From: Phyllosticta citribraziliensis
Taxonomy: Eukaryota
Reading direction: 5' to 3'
Length of the DNA: 64,000 nucleotides
Assembly (NCBI RefSeq): GCF_038025025.1
Contig: NW_027117340.1
Coordinates: 558,001-622,000 of the forward strand
Shown here: one piece after another, positions 12,801-25,241 of the stretch
Position numbering within the stretch: position 1 is the stretch's first letter
How the letters are laid out: each line of letters begins with the position of its first letter
Program-made: the position numbers and the translations under genes
The notes under the pieces: model-generated
The model's input: only the letters and a program-made list of their open reading frames with translations
Database searches by the model: none
Told to the model about the DNA's origin: nothing

Positions 12801-15026
12801 GCAGAAATCGCGTCAATCGCATCTCACGCATCACATCGACGCCCCCACCACCACCACCACCCACCACGCACACCGCCTTGTTACCCGCCCGCTTGGCTCT
12901 CCCCAGTCACCTCAGGGAGTCAGGGTACCACACCACACCACCAACGACTCTTTCTCTCTCTCTCTTGCTCTCCCCCTCGTTTGATCCATCCATGGTGAGA
13001 TGGTTGCCCGCCCGCATGCCGATGCTGGCCATGTGCCTGTGTCACCACCCACCTCATTCAACGTCGCTGCTGCTGTCTCAAACTCTGATCGCTCCGGTCA
13101 TTGTGACGGCAGCGCAAGCTTCGTCACTTGCTCTCTTCAGTTCCCACGGCCCCTCCATTGTCTGTTCTGCTCTGCTCTGCTCTGCTCTTGCATCATGCCT
13201 ACACTCACCCCCCTTGCCTCGTCCCAACCTCCTGCCTCTGCGTCTCGCACAACGACACCTCTCTCGCGACGAGGTCCGACGGACGAACAGACAGACAGAC
13301 AAACGTCCGCCCGCGCAGGTGGGCGCTTAGACCCGCTGTGGCTCGTCCAACCAACGCGGCGGCGCACCCTCTGCTCTCTGCACTGCGCTGCGCTGCGCTG
13401 CTACCCTCCGACCGACCCATCTACCCATCTACATGCGTGCATCCATAGCTTGCGACTGAAAAGAGTGGCTGGACACATGTAGGTGGCAACGTCCGCGCGC
13501 GCCTGTCTTTGCCACAGACGCTCGGTCCAGCCAAGTCCGAAGTGATTTTCACCATGACAATATTCGCAGGCGCATGCGAACAACAAGTGTAATAGAAGAA
13601 GCATACAATTCCATCCCAAAATCTCTCTTTGCGTGCGTGCCTCACGAAGGCGTCTAGCATTCGGGCGTGCGTGCTTGCTTGCTCCATAGACTTTACATAC
13701 ATGAAGCAGAAGAAGAGTGCAAACCCGACCAAAAGTCTCAATGGTCAAAGGGGGGGGAGGACAAAACCAGCCAGCCAGCTAAACAGTCAGACAGCCACAC
13801 CAAGGGGCTTGTCAGAAGAAGCAGAGGAAAATGACACTGTCCAACAGCATGACAGCAAGAAAAAAAAGCCGGCCGGCCAGGCGGAACACTTGGTTGGAGG
13901 AACAAAAAAGGGGAAAGCAAGGCTTCGGCGCCGAGAACCTTGTCCGAGAAGAGGAGGAGGTGGAGTATGTGGCGGATGATGCTGATGATGATGGCGTCGT
14001 GTCGTCGTGCGCGTGCGTGTTACTGTGCTGCCCAGTCCGCATCCCGATTCGATCGTTTGTGAGGAAAAAAGGAACGAATGAGCTTTCGTTCAAGGTCCAG
14101 CCTCGCCCTGGCACAGCTAACCGAGAGCTGCTTTCTTGACGCTGACGCTCGTCGTCGCATTCCTCGTCCACTTCCAGCTCCAGTCTCTCCCTGACTCTCT
14201 CTGATCTCGCCGCTCCAGAGGAACCAAGTGGAAGAGAAACAAAAAAGAAACAGAAAGATCAAGCCAAAAAAAAAAAAAAAAAAAAAAGACTTCAAGGAAA
14301 TACCCGTTTCGTCAATCTGCCCATAGTGCCGTCCATATCAACATGACTCGTCAAATTTGCTCTCAATCGTGTCACATGTCCTTTCGTTCTTTCGTGGGTG
14401 CCCATACGTCCGTCGCCGTCGTGTCCGTCATTGCTGTATTCCGTCTTCGCGTGAATAGCCAGAGAAGAAGGAAAAATATCAGTCTCGCCGCGAGACTGTC
14501 GGGAAATGAAAAAACACATGATCGCTCGCAATGCTTTGGAAAGAAAAAACAATCAAAAAACTTGAGGGGGAGATCGCTCGCCGCGCTTTGCAATGTATCC
14601 AATCCAGAGAAGCAGACAAGGGAAAAGAAACACTTGTGACAAGGTAAGGAGAACAGGGCAGAGGATAAGCCAAAGGCTGACCAACAGCAGAGACCCCAGA
14701 GTCGCCAAAGCCGTGTGCGCATCTCTCCAGCCACGTCGAGTCGTGGTTGGCTGACAAGTCAGCCTCGTGTGCACACGTCGACAAACTCGGTCAGGCCTCT
14801 GGCTGCCGGTAGCACATGACGCCTTCTGCATCAAGAGAGAACCTCCGATGCTTGCTCGAATCATGTTCGTCGAGAGAATTGAGTGGGTGGGTGGGTAATC
14901 GACACAGTCGCGGATTTGAAAGGATGGTGGTTGGGATCGGAGACATGCAGAGCCGAGGGTGTGCGAAGAAAATTGTGTATCTTTTTTTCCCCAAAAATGA
15001 TTGTGAGAGAGGGAGAGTGCTTTGGC

Positions 15027-17010
15027 CTAGACCTTGGTTTCGCTCTTGACGTGGATGGGGCTGCCGTTGCTGCCACCGCCGCCGCCGTTGACCTTGCTGG
15101 TTTCCTCGACCATGCGCTTGAACTCGCGTACGACCTCGGTGGGAATCTTGTCCCAGAGCAAGCTGCGCGTGTAGACCTCTGCAGCCGTCTCGCCCTTGCG
15201 TTCTTCACGCATGGCGGTAAGGGTTTCGGCGAGGTTGCGGCGGTTTTGCGAGGTTGGCGTGGCTGGCGGTGTACCGTCTTCGTAAGTGCGACGACCAAAG
15301 TCGGCCGACGTCAGGCTATTGTACTGCGCAGGGGTGATGGAGAAGGCCTGTTCAGCTTCCTGTTCCTTGGTGGGAGCGGCGAGCTGCGCGTAAGCGTCGA
15401 ACTGGGGGTTGCCTGCCGTCTGCGAGATTGTGGCGAATTCGGTTCCTGACAGCGTCGGCTTGGGCCAGGAAGCACCAGAAGGCGCAGGCTCGAGAGCCTC
15501 GACGCGGTGGGCAAGCAAGTTCTGTGCCGACTGAGCTGAAGGCTCGACGCCGGCATCCTTGAAGATGCTGTCCAACACGGAAGCGGAAGCAGCACGAACT
15601 TCGTCGGGCATGCGGGGAATGGCCGGCGGCGATGCACCCGAGTTGCTGGCGACAAAGGCGCCGCAGAGGAGCAGCATGAGCAAAAGTCCCGAGGCAACGG
15701 GCTTTTCTTGCTCCGAATCCTTCTTGCGAGCGACGACTGCTGCGGCCTCGAGAGCCTGTGGGTTGCTGTTATTGTTGTTGTTGTTATTGTTCGACGGCGG
15801 CTGGTCGTCCATGTAGACGTCGTTGTAAATGTAGCTGTCCCAGTCGTTGCCGCCCATGTTGAGGTTGTCCATGTCTTGGGCAAAGTCGGTAAAGTTTGAG
15901 CTGGGAACGGCGGCCATGGGGCTGCTCTGGCTCTCGAGCTTCTCGGCTAGGATGTTGACCTTTTTGCGGAGCTCGATGCTCTCGAGAGTGTGGGCCTTGA
16001 CCATCTCCATCTTCTCCCACTCGAGGTTGTGGGCGCGCTGCTCAGCCTCGAGCTTCTCGCGGTGGACCTGGTCCTTTTCTTGCATGATGGCCTCGGCCTG
16101 CAGTCGCATGCTTTGCAGGTCCTCCTCGAGCTGCACGACTCGCTCGGTCCAGAGCTTCTTTTCTTCCTCGAGCTCTTCAGTGTGCCTCTTCTTGCGTTGG
16201 CGCGAATCAAGACTGTAGAAGCAGGTTAGCAGGGGAGTGCAAAGACCAAAAGACACGGATCGAAGGACCAAGAGAGGGAGAGTCGTACGCGGCCTGTCTG
16301 TTGCGGAGCAGACGCTTCTGTTGCTTGAGCTCCTTGATTTCTTCCTCGTTGCTGGATTGGGCGATGAGCTGGTCAATGTTGAGGAGGCTCCGCTCCGGGG
16401 GGATTTCGAATCTCGCATTCTTCTTCCTGATGCCGTCGCGGCGGGGGAAGGGCGAGTAGGAGCGTCCGGGAGGGGTGTTGGGGCGCATGCGCTTGTTCAT
16501 GGGGCGCGACTCCATCTCCTGGGCGGCCAGGGCCATCCACTCCTTGTTGGAGTGGGGCGAGGGGGGGTTTCCTGAGGGGGTGGGCTGGAAGACTGATGCC
16601 GGGCGCACGTTCATGGGGACGGCCGAGGGGGGGAAGGGCTCGGAGGAGCCGACGGCGAGGTAGTTGGAGTCGTTGAAGTCGTGACCAAACATTGACGAGG
16701 TGGGGGTCCGCGAGTCGTCGTCGTTCATTGGAGGCCACACGGGCTGGTGGTGGTGGTGGTCGTACGAGGGCATTTGCTGGTGGGCGGACATGCGCATGTA
16801 GGGGTTGTTGTTGTTGTTGTTGGTGGGTTGCTGGTTGGGGAAGAAGGGGTTCGTCGAGACGGCGAGGCTGACGTTGGGCTGGGGTTGCGAGTAGTCGTGG
16901 GGGTCGAAGAAGGCGTCGTCTGGGGAGAAGATGGCTTGGGCGCTATTTGCCGGACTCATGGTGTCGAAGAGGTCGTGGGGATCGTCCAAATGGTCGTGGG
17001 TCGGGTCCAT
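15027..17010 (-). CDS. bZIP transcription factor with a hydrophobic segment C-terminal to the bZIP
   Basis: ORFs 16207-17010 and 15027-16418 are joined by intron 16288-16213 (GTACGA..CTAAC..TACAG). This gives KQQKRLLRNRQAALDSRQRKKRHTEELEEEKK (basic region) plus a heptad coiled coil; the later stretch VASGLLLMLLLCGAFVAS is hydrophobic. Confidence 0.9.
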
Positions 17011-20000
17011 GTGGGTCAGTAGGGTACTTGTACAATTGACGGTGTGACGGGCGATGTAGCGGTGAGGTGTGGACGGGAGGGACGGGGGACGGCAGGCGAC
17101 GGAAGCGGATCGTGGGTGGTGTAAACGGACAACGGCGATGATGGCTGGAGAAGGGTTCGCGGGCTGCGTGGGCTCCCCGTCTTGTATGCTGGGCTGGGCT
17201 GGGCTGGGCTGGGCTGCGTGAGTGGGGAAAAGGTCGAAACGAGCCGCCGCGCTGCCATTCGGCGCCTCAGGTCAGGTAGCCGTGCAGTGCAGGAAGCACG
17301 CTCCTGGTTGTGGTGGTTTGGGTGACCCTGGTCGTGGTGTTTTCTCGTTTTGGCGTGAGGTGGAGTGGAGGTGAGGTGGAGTGGAGCTGCCAGGTGCTGG
17401 GGGGCCTGCAGGGGGGAGTGTCTGTCTGGCTGTCTGGCTGTCTGGCTGCCCTCCTGCTGCTCTCTGCTGCTCTCTGCTGCTGTCTGCTCTGCTCTGCTCT
17501 CTCACCTCACCCACCTCCAGTCTCTCTCACCTCACCCACCTCACCCACCTCCCGTGCCCGCCATCGCCATCGCCATCGCCATCGCACCCATCGCCCTCGT
17601 TGTCACCCTTCCTCTCCCGTTTGTCGCTCGTTCGCCGCCGTCCTCAACCTGAACCTCATCTTCGCCTTGAAACACTCCCACTCTGGTTGCTGGTAGCTTG
17701 CGGCCCGCTGCCCTATCTACCGTTGGCTCGACATGGTCTGCGGCTGGGCCGGAACGCACCGTGGCGTGGCGCCCAAGCACCCTTCCCAGGTAATAACCGA
17801 TCGCCATCCAACCATCTTCCCTCCATCATCCCCGCCGCCTCCAAACGCCCGTCTTCTCTTGGGCTCGCGCTGCTCCCGTCCGTCTGTTTACTCACGCCGT
17901 AAACACTCGCCCTCGTCATCTTTCAGCCCAATGCCGCCACTCCAACAAGTCCACACTGACCCTTCCCTACATGCCGAATACTCTATCGCTTTCGACAAAC
18001 CCTCTCCGCTGTCTCACCTTTCTTCTCTGTTAACTTCCTCATCCAATTCTTCCCGCTCCGCTCCCTACGAGATCGGTGCCGGTGCGTTTTAGACTTTGCG
18101 CCATCTTAAGCCTCGCAAACTCTCTTTTCATCTCGCCGCGTCACGTCCCGGTACATGGATCGTCGTCACCGCCCGCTGAGCTCGCCCACTGCCGGAACTG
18201 CACGCCTTGCAGCATGCGTCTGCGTCTGCGTCCGCCGGCTCTCTGGCTCGCGTTCCTGTTTGCCCGTTGCGCTTCGGGGGCGTGCTGCTGTGCGACGCCC
18301 TCATGGCGCCAGCCTCTCGCTCCATCCAGATGCCGGAACATCCACCGCCACGGGCGAGAGGGACCGTCCGAAGCCTGCCATCATCGCTCCTCTCTTCGCT
18401 TCTTGACATTAACCCTAGCCTGTCTCCATCCTTCCCCGGCCACTGAGCGCTCCTCTCGTCTCTCATCAACAGGTTCCCATTTTTATCTCGCTCTTCAGCC
18501 ATTGCGGCCCAAAACGTGAGGCAACGATTCCTGGTCTCATTTCTCGTCTCGCCATTTGCCCTCTCTGCAAATGTCTTCGCTCAGGTGCTTCCACAACATC
18601 CCATCACGTGCCTCTGCACACGCCCTGGTTGGGTGCTCTGCGTGCCTTCACGCGCAAGAAGACGCTGAGGAAGACATTTCTGCTTCCGTCACACGAGATT
18701 CTGCGTTCCCCACCAAGACCAGGGCGACGTTTCAAGAGCCGGATTCTTGCCTGTCTGCCTCTCTTGATTGCTTTTTCTATTTTGGGATCTCCTTTTTCCC
18801 CGACTACCAGCACTTTTCGAAACAAATTCTTCACCAAAAAGATCCGTCTACGTCAAGCCCAGATTATTTGCAATGATATCCATGCCTCGAGCTGGGCACC
18901 CATCCACCCACCGGCAAAATCAAGCTCTTTTTTCGGTCTGGTGCCGTGTTTTGATCGCGGGAATCCCTTCGACTCATTGCTCGCCCTCCCGCAGCAGCAC
19001 CGTCGACCATGCGTCCATTGGTACAGAGTCTTCCTGGGGAGTTGGCTGTATTACCCGAAATTGATCGTGTGCCTTTTCCTACCCTCTTGGACTGCGCTCA
19101 AGCAGGCTTTCAGCCTTTCGATTCCCTTTTCTTCCGTCGTGTCCCCCGAGCAACACGGGGCTCTTTCCACTTTAGTCGCTGCAAAACACACAGAGTGTTG
19201 TACGGTACACTCGGCCAAGACGGTCAGACGTGCGTCTTGCGATCCCATGTCCCTCACAGGCCCATCGCTTCCCTTTCCCAGCCCCCTTTCCTTATTTCTT
19301 TGTCAAAGAGCTGGGAGCAAAAAGTGCTTCTGCCAAGTTCTGGCCAAGGGTAGACAAATCACCAGAAAAGCAAGCCTCCCTATCCTCCGTCATGACCGCA
19401 GCTCGCTCGCTCAGCAAACCACTCCACCGGCGAGCAGAAAGCAGCTGCGGAACACCCACTCCGTCGGTGCTCTCGACATCCTACCATGGTCCTATCGCTC
19501 GTCACCATCGCTCGAGCAACAACCGGCTTTCAACGAAACTCATCTTCTTGTCATCCACACCCGCCCACTCGCCACACGCCATGCCAGCCATTCCATGTCG
19601 CTCCTCCATCTCGTCAACGTCCAACTAGCTAGTCATGCTCGCGGTACAGTCACAGGCCCTTCCTCGCTCGCTCCGCGCGCCACTCAGTGGCTCATCACCT
19701 CCGTCGGTCGTCGACCCGCCAACGCCAGCCCCGCTAGCACGCTAGGCGCGAGCATAAAATATCCACATGCCTGGGATGGCGCGAGTGCGGGAGCGGTTGC
19801 GGTCGGTGGGCGCTCAGAGAGATGACTGGACTGACCTGACAGCGGGAGGGATGGTCGGTGCCATGGCATGTGTGAATATGCTGACCCCAGCAACCGCAGA
19901 TCGCTGCCGCAGCAGCAGCAGAAGCAGGCGGGCAGTCCGTCGGGATCTCGACGTGAGATTTAGAGAGATTGATTGAGCCGGCGAGGGATGGGGTTGGTCT

Positions 20001-23000
20001 GGTTGGTCGGCCTCTTTTTTCCTTGCAAAGATGGAGGCCATGGCTGGTTGGTCGGTCGCTTGCTTCCTTGTGAGGCCTCGCGTCGCACCGAGGCACCACA
20101 CATTTGTCAAGATTGAGGACATGGCCTCCTTCCCGATACACAGACATGAACCGCCGGACGAGGTGGTGGGATCACCGAGGGCTTTTGACGCCAGCCATGA
20201 GTGGCTGTCCAGTCAATGGTCAGTTGGTCCGACGGTCGGCGGGTCGACTGACTGAATGCTCTCCCCTATTTGCGCCCGGCTCTCGGTCGAGGGGAACACC
20301 TGCTCCTCTTTGTGCAGTGCGATGGGTTGTGTGTAGTAGCAATGGTGGCAGTGCGTGCGTGTGTGCCGCAAGCCAGTCAGCCATTCAAGCGCCCGTCTGC
20401 TTGCTTGTTGCGCATCTCCACTGCAATGCCTCCCTCCTTACATGATGCCTCGGCAGGCCATCATATCCAGGGCCCTATCACCACGATCGGACTCGTCTCG
20501 CCCACATGGGCTACCTCAAGTCACCTGTCCGTCGCTTGCTGTGTGCCAACCGCCCCCCTCCTCGCCCACAGACGCAAGAAACGTCGGATCGCGCTCGACT
20601 AATTACCTACAACGCCTGTGCTCAACTTACATACATACCACCCTCCGACATGTTTGCATGCACGCCGGCCGACATGAAAGGACTGATACGCGATCGAAGA
20701 GCTGCCAGTGGTTGGCACGCTGCGCAACGCGAGTCGACGCGTGTTCCTGACTTGCGACACGCCTCGGTCCGCCCTGCCCTGCTCGCACTGTACCGTTCTG
20801 GTAACCCACGATGCCTAGGGCGTGCAGTGCTCACGGTCCTGGACAATGGGTATGTACGTATGTATGTGTATGCAGATGTAGATGTATACCACCCCACCAT
20901 CCCATCACCCTTCTTTCTCTCTCGTCGTATCCTTTGCCCCCTCTCCTTTTCTTCCTTTTCTTTTCTTCTCCTCGCTTCACCTTCTCTGCCCTTGCACTCT
21001 CTCTCCTTTCCTTGCCTAGTCTCTTCTTTTACTCCTCTTTCGTCCCTCCCACCTCTTGACTGCACCGGGTGCCTGCCATGCTATGCCCTGCGCCGCAACA
21101 CACAACCTACCAACCCATACACTTTTGCCGTCTTTCCGTTCCGGTGGCTGGCAAGCGCTTCCCCGCTGTACTTCTAGGAAGAGCTGTGAGGGACGTCGTC
21201 ATGTCGCAGCGTAGCGTCTTGTGGTGTGTCATGGTATGGCTTTGCTTGCTCCCCCTGTGTCTCGGTCCAGTAGATCATCTCTTGCTCTCATTGTCACTTT
21301 GAATGCTTCTTGGACGATATCCTTGCTCTCCCGTAATCCCGAATTCAGAATAGAGAACCAAGTTTCTGAATTCTCCCAAATGTCGCCCGAGCAAACACAC
21401 AACCCTACCTACCACAAGCCCCCTTTCTCGAACCCTTCCATTGCCGCCGCGCATCTGCACGCACTTGCGTCATGCGCACATACCCCCACTGATCGGAAGC
21501 GATGGACCGCCGGCCGGTCAGAGACTTCCTCGATCAATCTCGCTGCCGACCTCCTGCGTGACTGCCATGCTGCCGCACATACATGCGCGAGAGACGTAAG
21601 GGCAGAGCGGCACTCACTCACTCTATCGCCAATCCACCAGCCACCGCACCACCGCACCACCGCGCCAAAGAGTAGACGGGTAGATAAGGGATAGGTAAGG
21701 TAGGTATATAGAGCAAAGCGTTCGTGGATGGGTGTGTGGGTAGCATGGCAGGGTAGGTGGCGGAACGAGTCAATTGCACACACCACGCGCGCGCGAGCCA
21801 GCACCAGGCAAGCACCTTCCTATGTACGGACCATCGTCTCTGACGTCCCACGCTGCATGGCGCAACCTTTTTCTTCTTTTTTTTTTTCCTTCTTTTTTTT
21901 TCTTTTCGTCGTCGTCGCCATTGTCAACCGGTCGCTCACTGCTCTTGGCCCAGCCTCTCTTATTGCGCTGCCTCACTGGACCATACATTTACACACCACA
22001 TGCCCGCGCCTTACTGTACGTACGTACTGTGCGCCCACACACGCGCTCGCGCGCGCAGAGGCTACACGGCAGATGCGATCACCCCACTTGCTGTCCCGTT
22101 CGACTCGCTCAGTCAATTGGTAACTGGCCGAATGACTGGCTGAGTGGGTGGCCGTCCCAAGCCCCAATTCGAGTGATTGGCTGGGCCTGCTTTCTTTCTC
22201 CTCGTCCTACTCTGCCATTAGCTTAGGTAGCAGGTTAGTCAATCCGACTTACCCCTCTTCTCGTCCTCGTTTAGGTAGGTAGGTAGGTAGATATGTATGT
22301 TGGTGCATGGAGGGGTGGGCAATGCTATTGGCAATGCACCACCAAGGCATGTTGCTGGGCTTCTTCTCCGGTTGCTTACTGAATGCCTCGAGTTTTTCTT
22401 TTCTTTTCTTGTTCTGCTCACTTTTCCGTCTTCACGTCCACTTGCTTATCTGTCTTTCCCCTCCTTTTCTTTCTTTCTTTCGAATTGGACCAATGTGCGG
22501 ACGGACGGACGGACGGACACATCTCTTGATCTCGATCATACGGCCAACTGGTTGCCTAGTCAGCCAGCGGCGATTCTCCAATGCTTTGTCTCTTTGCCAT
22601 TATCCGGGCCCGGTTTTGCGTAGTTTCGCGCAGCGTGGCGTCGTGTGGCGCCCAGCACGAGGGAAGCAGTTCGTGAGGTAGGTGGTGGTGGTGGTGGTGT
22701 GGGCATTGTAAACGTCGAAGGAACCAATCGAACATCTTTTTTCTGGTTTCTCGTTGATCGCACTTGCTTTTTCTTACGTCGACTACGGTCGGTGGATGTC
22801 ATGTGGGTTTCGTTGATTTGAGGGTGGGTGATATTCGCTCTCGAGTGGATGGAGGCGACTTGAGCACTTGGAGCAGGAGCACGAGTAGCTTTGCCGATGG
22901 ATATCATTTCTGGTGGTGAAGTGGTTGTGGTGTGATGATGATCCAGCTTTTGACACTACCTTCTCGTACACTCTTGCTTGAAAGCGCGCCTCGTGCGCCT

Positions 23001-23042
23001 TCCTTTTTCTTCTCGGGTCTACTTGCTGGAGGCTATGTGGAA

Positions 23043-25241
23043 TCAAGAAAGAAAGCACTTCCGCACATGCATCCTCGCAACCTCATATCCAGTCTGGAAT
23101 TGCGTTGCCCCTGCTCTTCCCATATCCACCTCAATCTTCTCAAACAATCTCCGCTCAACACTGACAATGCCAGCCAGAGCCTTGCAATCTGCCTGCCCAA
23201 CCAAATCCGACTTGGCAACTGCATCGTGCAATTCGACAAACGCCTTGGCCATGCCCAAGAGCGACGCATGACTCTCAACCGGTCGCATCGACAAGTGCAG
23301 CATGTCGAGCGCAAACGCATTTGGCCACCGGTCGAGCACTTGCTTCAGCAGAGAAGGAGGCTTCGACAGGCCGTCTGGGACCCGCTGGAGGATGCGCAGG
23401 CCTATCTCGACGAGCCCGCAGTCGCCGTGCTTGCGTACCTCGTCCATGCCTGCCACTCCGTCCGCAATGCTGGCGAAACCGTAGTAGCTGCGCAGCAAAC
23501 GCACGATGGCGCAGGTTGTATCGTTGGCTGTGCGCGCCGGGATTGCAACAAAGTCTTCGAGGAGACTTACATGTGCGAACCACAGCGGAATGAGAGAAGA
23601 GAAGACGGGCCGCACTCCCGGAGAGACAGAAAGCTCGAGGTCCGTACTCGAGCCAGAGAGGTCGAATTGCCTCGCCTGAGCAAGGACAGGGTAGTCGACA
23701 CTGACATCCTCCAGCTTTGCAGTGACGGATGGGGCAGACGGCGCTACAAAAGAGAGATAGGCGTGCGAGCCGTACGTGCCCGCGTCGAGACTGTCAATCC
23801 ATTTGCGAACAACATCCATCTCGGCCACGGTGAAGGAGCCAAACATCTTGCCGCCCCAAGATAGCGCATGCATCAGACGGCTATTCTTGCTATCGCCCTT
23901 GCGCACCCATGGCTTCCAATTCGCCAGCTCCCGCAAGAATTCCTTTTGTCGCTGTTCGGATGCAAAGCTTTCGGGCGCCAGCCAGTCCGTCAACGTGCGT
24001 CCACCCACTTTGATCCGGCTACCGCAATGGATCTTGCCCGACGCTTGCGCTTTGCCTTGCATCATGGTGAGGAGCTCATGATTCCATTCATTTCGGAGGA
24101 GTGGCATTGTAGTCGTGGTGTTTGCGTCAGGGGGCGATCCCCCTAAGCCACTTGAAAGACAGTAACCCGCCTGGACACGCTTCCAAGCGCGTTGCATGGC
24201 TTCACGACCATCGATTTTGCCTATGTGGTCAAGGTATTTGACGACAATCTCCATGGCCATGGCCGTATGTCCCGAATGCGAGTTGTCGATGCTGATGTGC
24301 AGGAAAAAGTAGTACGGATCCAGCTTGACCTCGTCGAGCTCCTTGGCCGCCTTCATCGTGTCCAGCGTCAGCAGCTCAAAGTGCATGTTGTACCCCAGGA
24401 TCTCTGGCAAAAAGTCGTGCGGGAAGAGAGAAATGAGGAGCTGCGCCACTGCGGCCTTCCATGGCAAGAAACTGGCGTCGAGTCCGTGGCCGGGCTGAAT
24501 GAAGTCAGCCGAAGAGGCTTCCGGCAGACGCGCGCCGGCTTCTTCGAGAAGCTTCTTGTACAGGTGTACGTGGTGCTGCTCCAGATTTCCGTCGCCATAC
24601 TCCTCCGACATGACTTGCCATGCGCCCTTGGTGACGTGGCGGAGAGCAAACGGCGTCGTGACGCGGTGGATGTGTCCAAGCCATGCACCGTCGACCAGCT
24701 TCAGGGGAGCAACTCGCGCGAGCCAGTCTCGAGCTTCGTCCTTGGTACCAAAAAGCTCTCTTCGTCCTCCGCCCTTGCGGCGTGCAAGGTACGTTTCCCA
24801 TTCGTCTGCGACAATTACGTCTTGTTCCTGAAGGAACGTGCGTAGCTCTTCTTTGCTGTATCGTTCCAGGGACAGAATTGATCCTTCTACCCGATTTTTT
24901 TCTCCGCAGATTGTCTCAGAGAGCAGACAGATGAGTGTGTTTCTCGCCAGCGGCAAGACATCTGGAAACTCCTCAAGGTTCTGCACCTCGTGGTACAGTT
25001 TCTTGTATAGTCGCAACTGCTCGTATTCGGACGCCGAAGGTTCTCTTGAGCTCCACTTCAACACATCTGGGTCTTTAGACTCCTGTTGCTCATGAGTACT
25101 TCTCAACGCCGCTCGCCTAATCTTTGGGTTCTTGTAGAACCGGACTGATCGTGCGTATTTTAGGAAAATAGGGGTAGAGATGTATGCCGTGGCGTACCCC
25201 AAGCAGGCCGCAGTAATGATGAGTAATAGATTGCCGAACAT
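23043..25241 (-). CDS. Heme-oxygenase-like diiron oxidase (HDO / iron-containing redox enzyme family), ~732 aa, N-terminal hydrophobic anchor, apparently intronless
   Basis: First ATG is at 25241 (the ORF-track start is TTG). Candidate metal-ligand set: LVDGAWL, SEEYGDGNLEQHH (E-x9-H), MHFE, FLHISIDNSHSGH (H-x3-D-x2-H), the pattern of HDO enzymes such as the SznF central domain. N-terminus MFGNLLLIITAACLGYATAYI. Confidence 0.8.
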   Translation of the reverse strand: MFGNLLLIITAACLGYATAYISTPIFLKYARSVRFYKNPKIRRAALRSTHEQQESKDPDVLKWSSREPSASEYEQLRLYKKLYHEVQNLEEFPDVLPLARNTLICLLSETICGEKNRVEGSILSLERYSKEELRTFLQEQDVIVADEWETYLARRKGGGRRELFGTKDEARDWLARVAPLKLVDGAWLGHIHRVTTPFALRHVTKGAWQVMSEEYGDGNLEQHHVHLYKKLLEEAGARLPEASSADFIQPGHGLDASFLPWKAAVAQLLISLFPHDFLPEILGYNMHFELLTLDTMKAAKELDEVKLDPYYFFLHISIDNSHSGHTAMAMEIVVKYLDHIGKIDGREAMQRAWKRVQAGYCLSSGLGGSPPDANTTTTMPLLRNEWNHELLTMMQGKAQASGKIHCGSRIKVGGRTLTDWLAPESFASEQRQKEFLRELANWKPWVRKGDSKNSRLMHALSWGGKMFGSFTVAEMDVVRKWIDSLDAGTYGSHAYLSFVAPSAPSVTAKLEDVSVDYPVLAQARQFDLSGSSTDLELSVSPGVRPVFSSLIPLWFAHVSLLEDFVAIPARTANDTTCAIVRLLRSYYGFASIADGVAGMDEVRKHGDCGLVEIGLRILQRVPDGLSKPPSLLKQVLDRWPNAFALDMLHLSMRPVESHASLLGMAKAFVELHDAVAKSDLVGQADCKALAGIVSVERRLFEKIEVDMGRAGATQFQTGYEVARMHVRKCFLS

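Noticed and set aside
18608..19825. 405-aa plus-strand ORF
   Set aside because: Non-ATG start, Ser/Leu/Pro-rich composition without motifs, in GC-rich intergenic DNA; likely a chance ORF, although a lineage-specific gene cannot be excluded.
8222..22700. Short tandem repeats as a possible CRISPR-like array
   Set aside because: They are 1-6 nt simple repeats without unique spacers, in eukaryotic intron-containing DNA.
22932..24845. Long plus-strand ORFs (310 aa and 217 aa) overlapping the HDO gene
   Set aside because: Antisense shadows of a GC-rich coding sequence.
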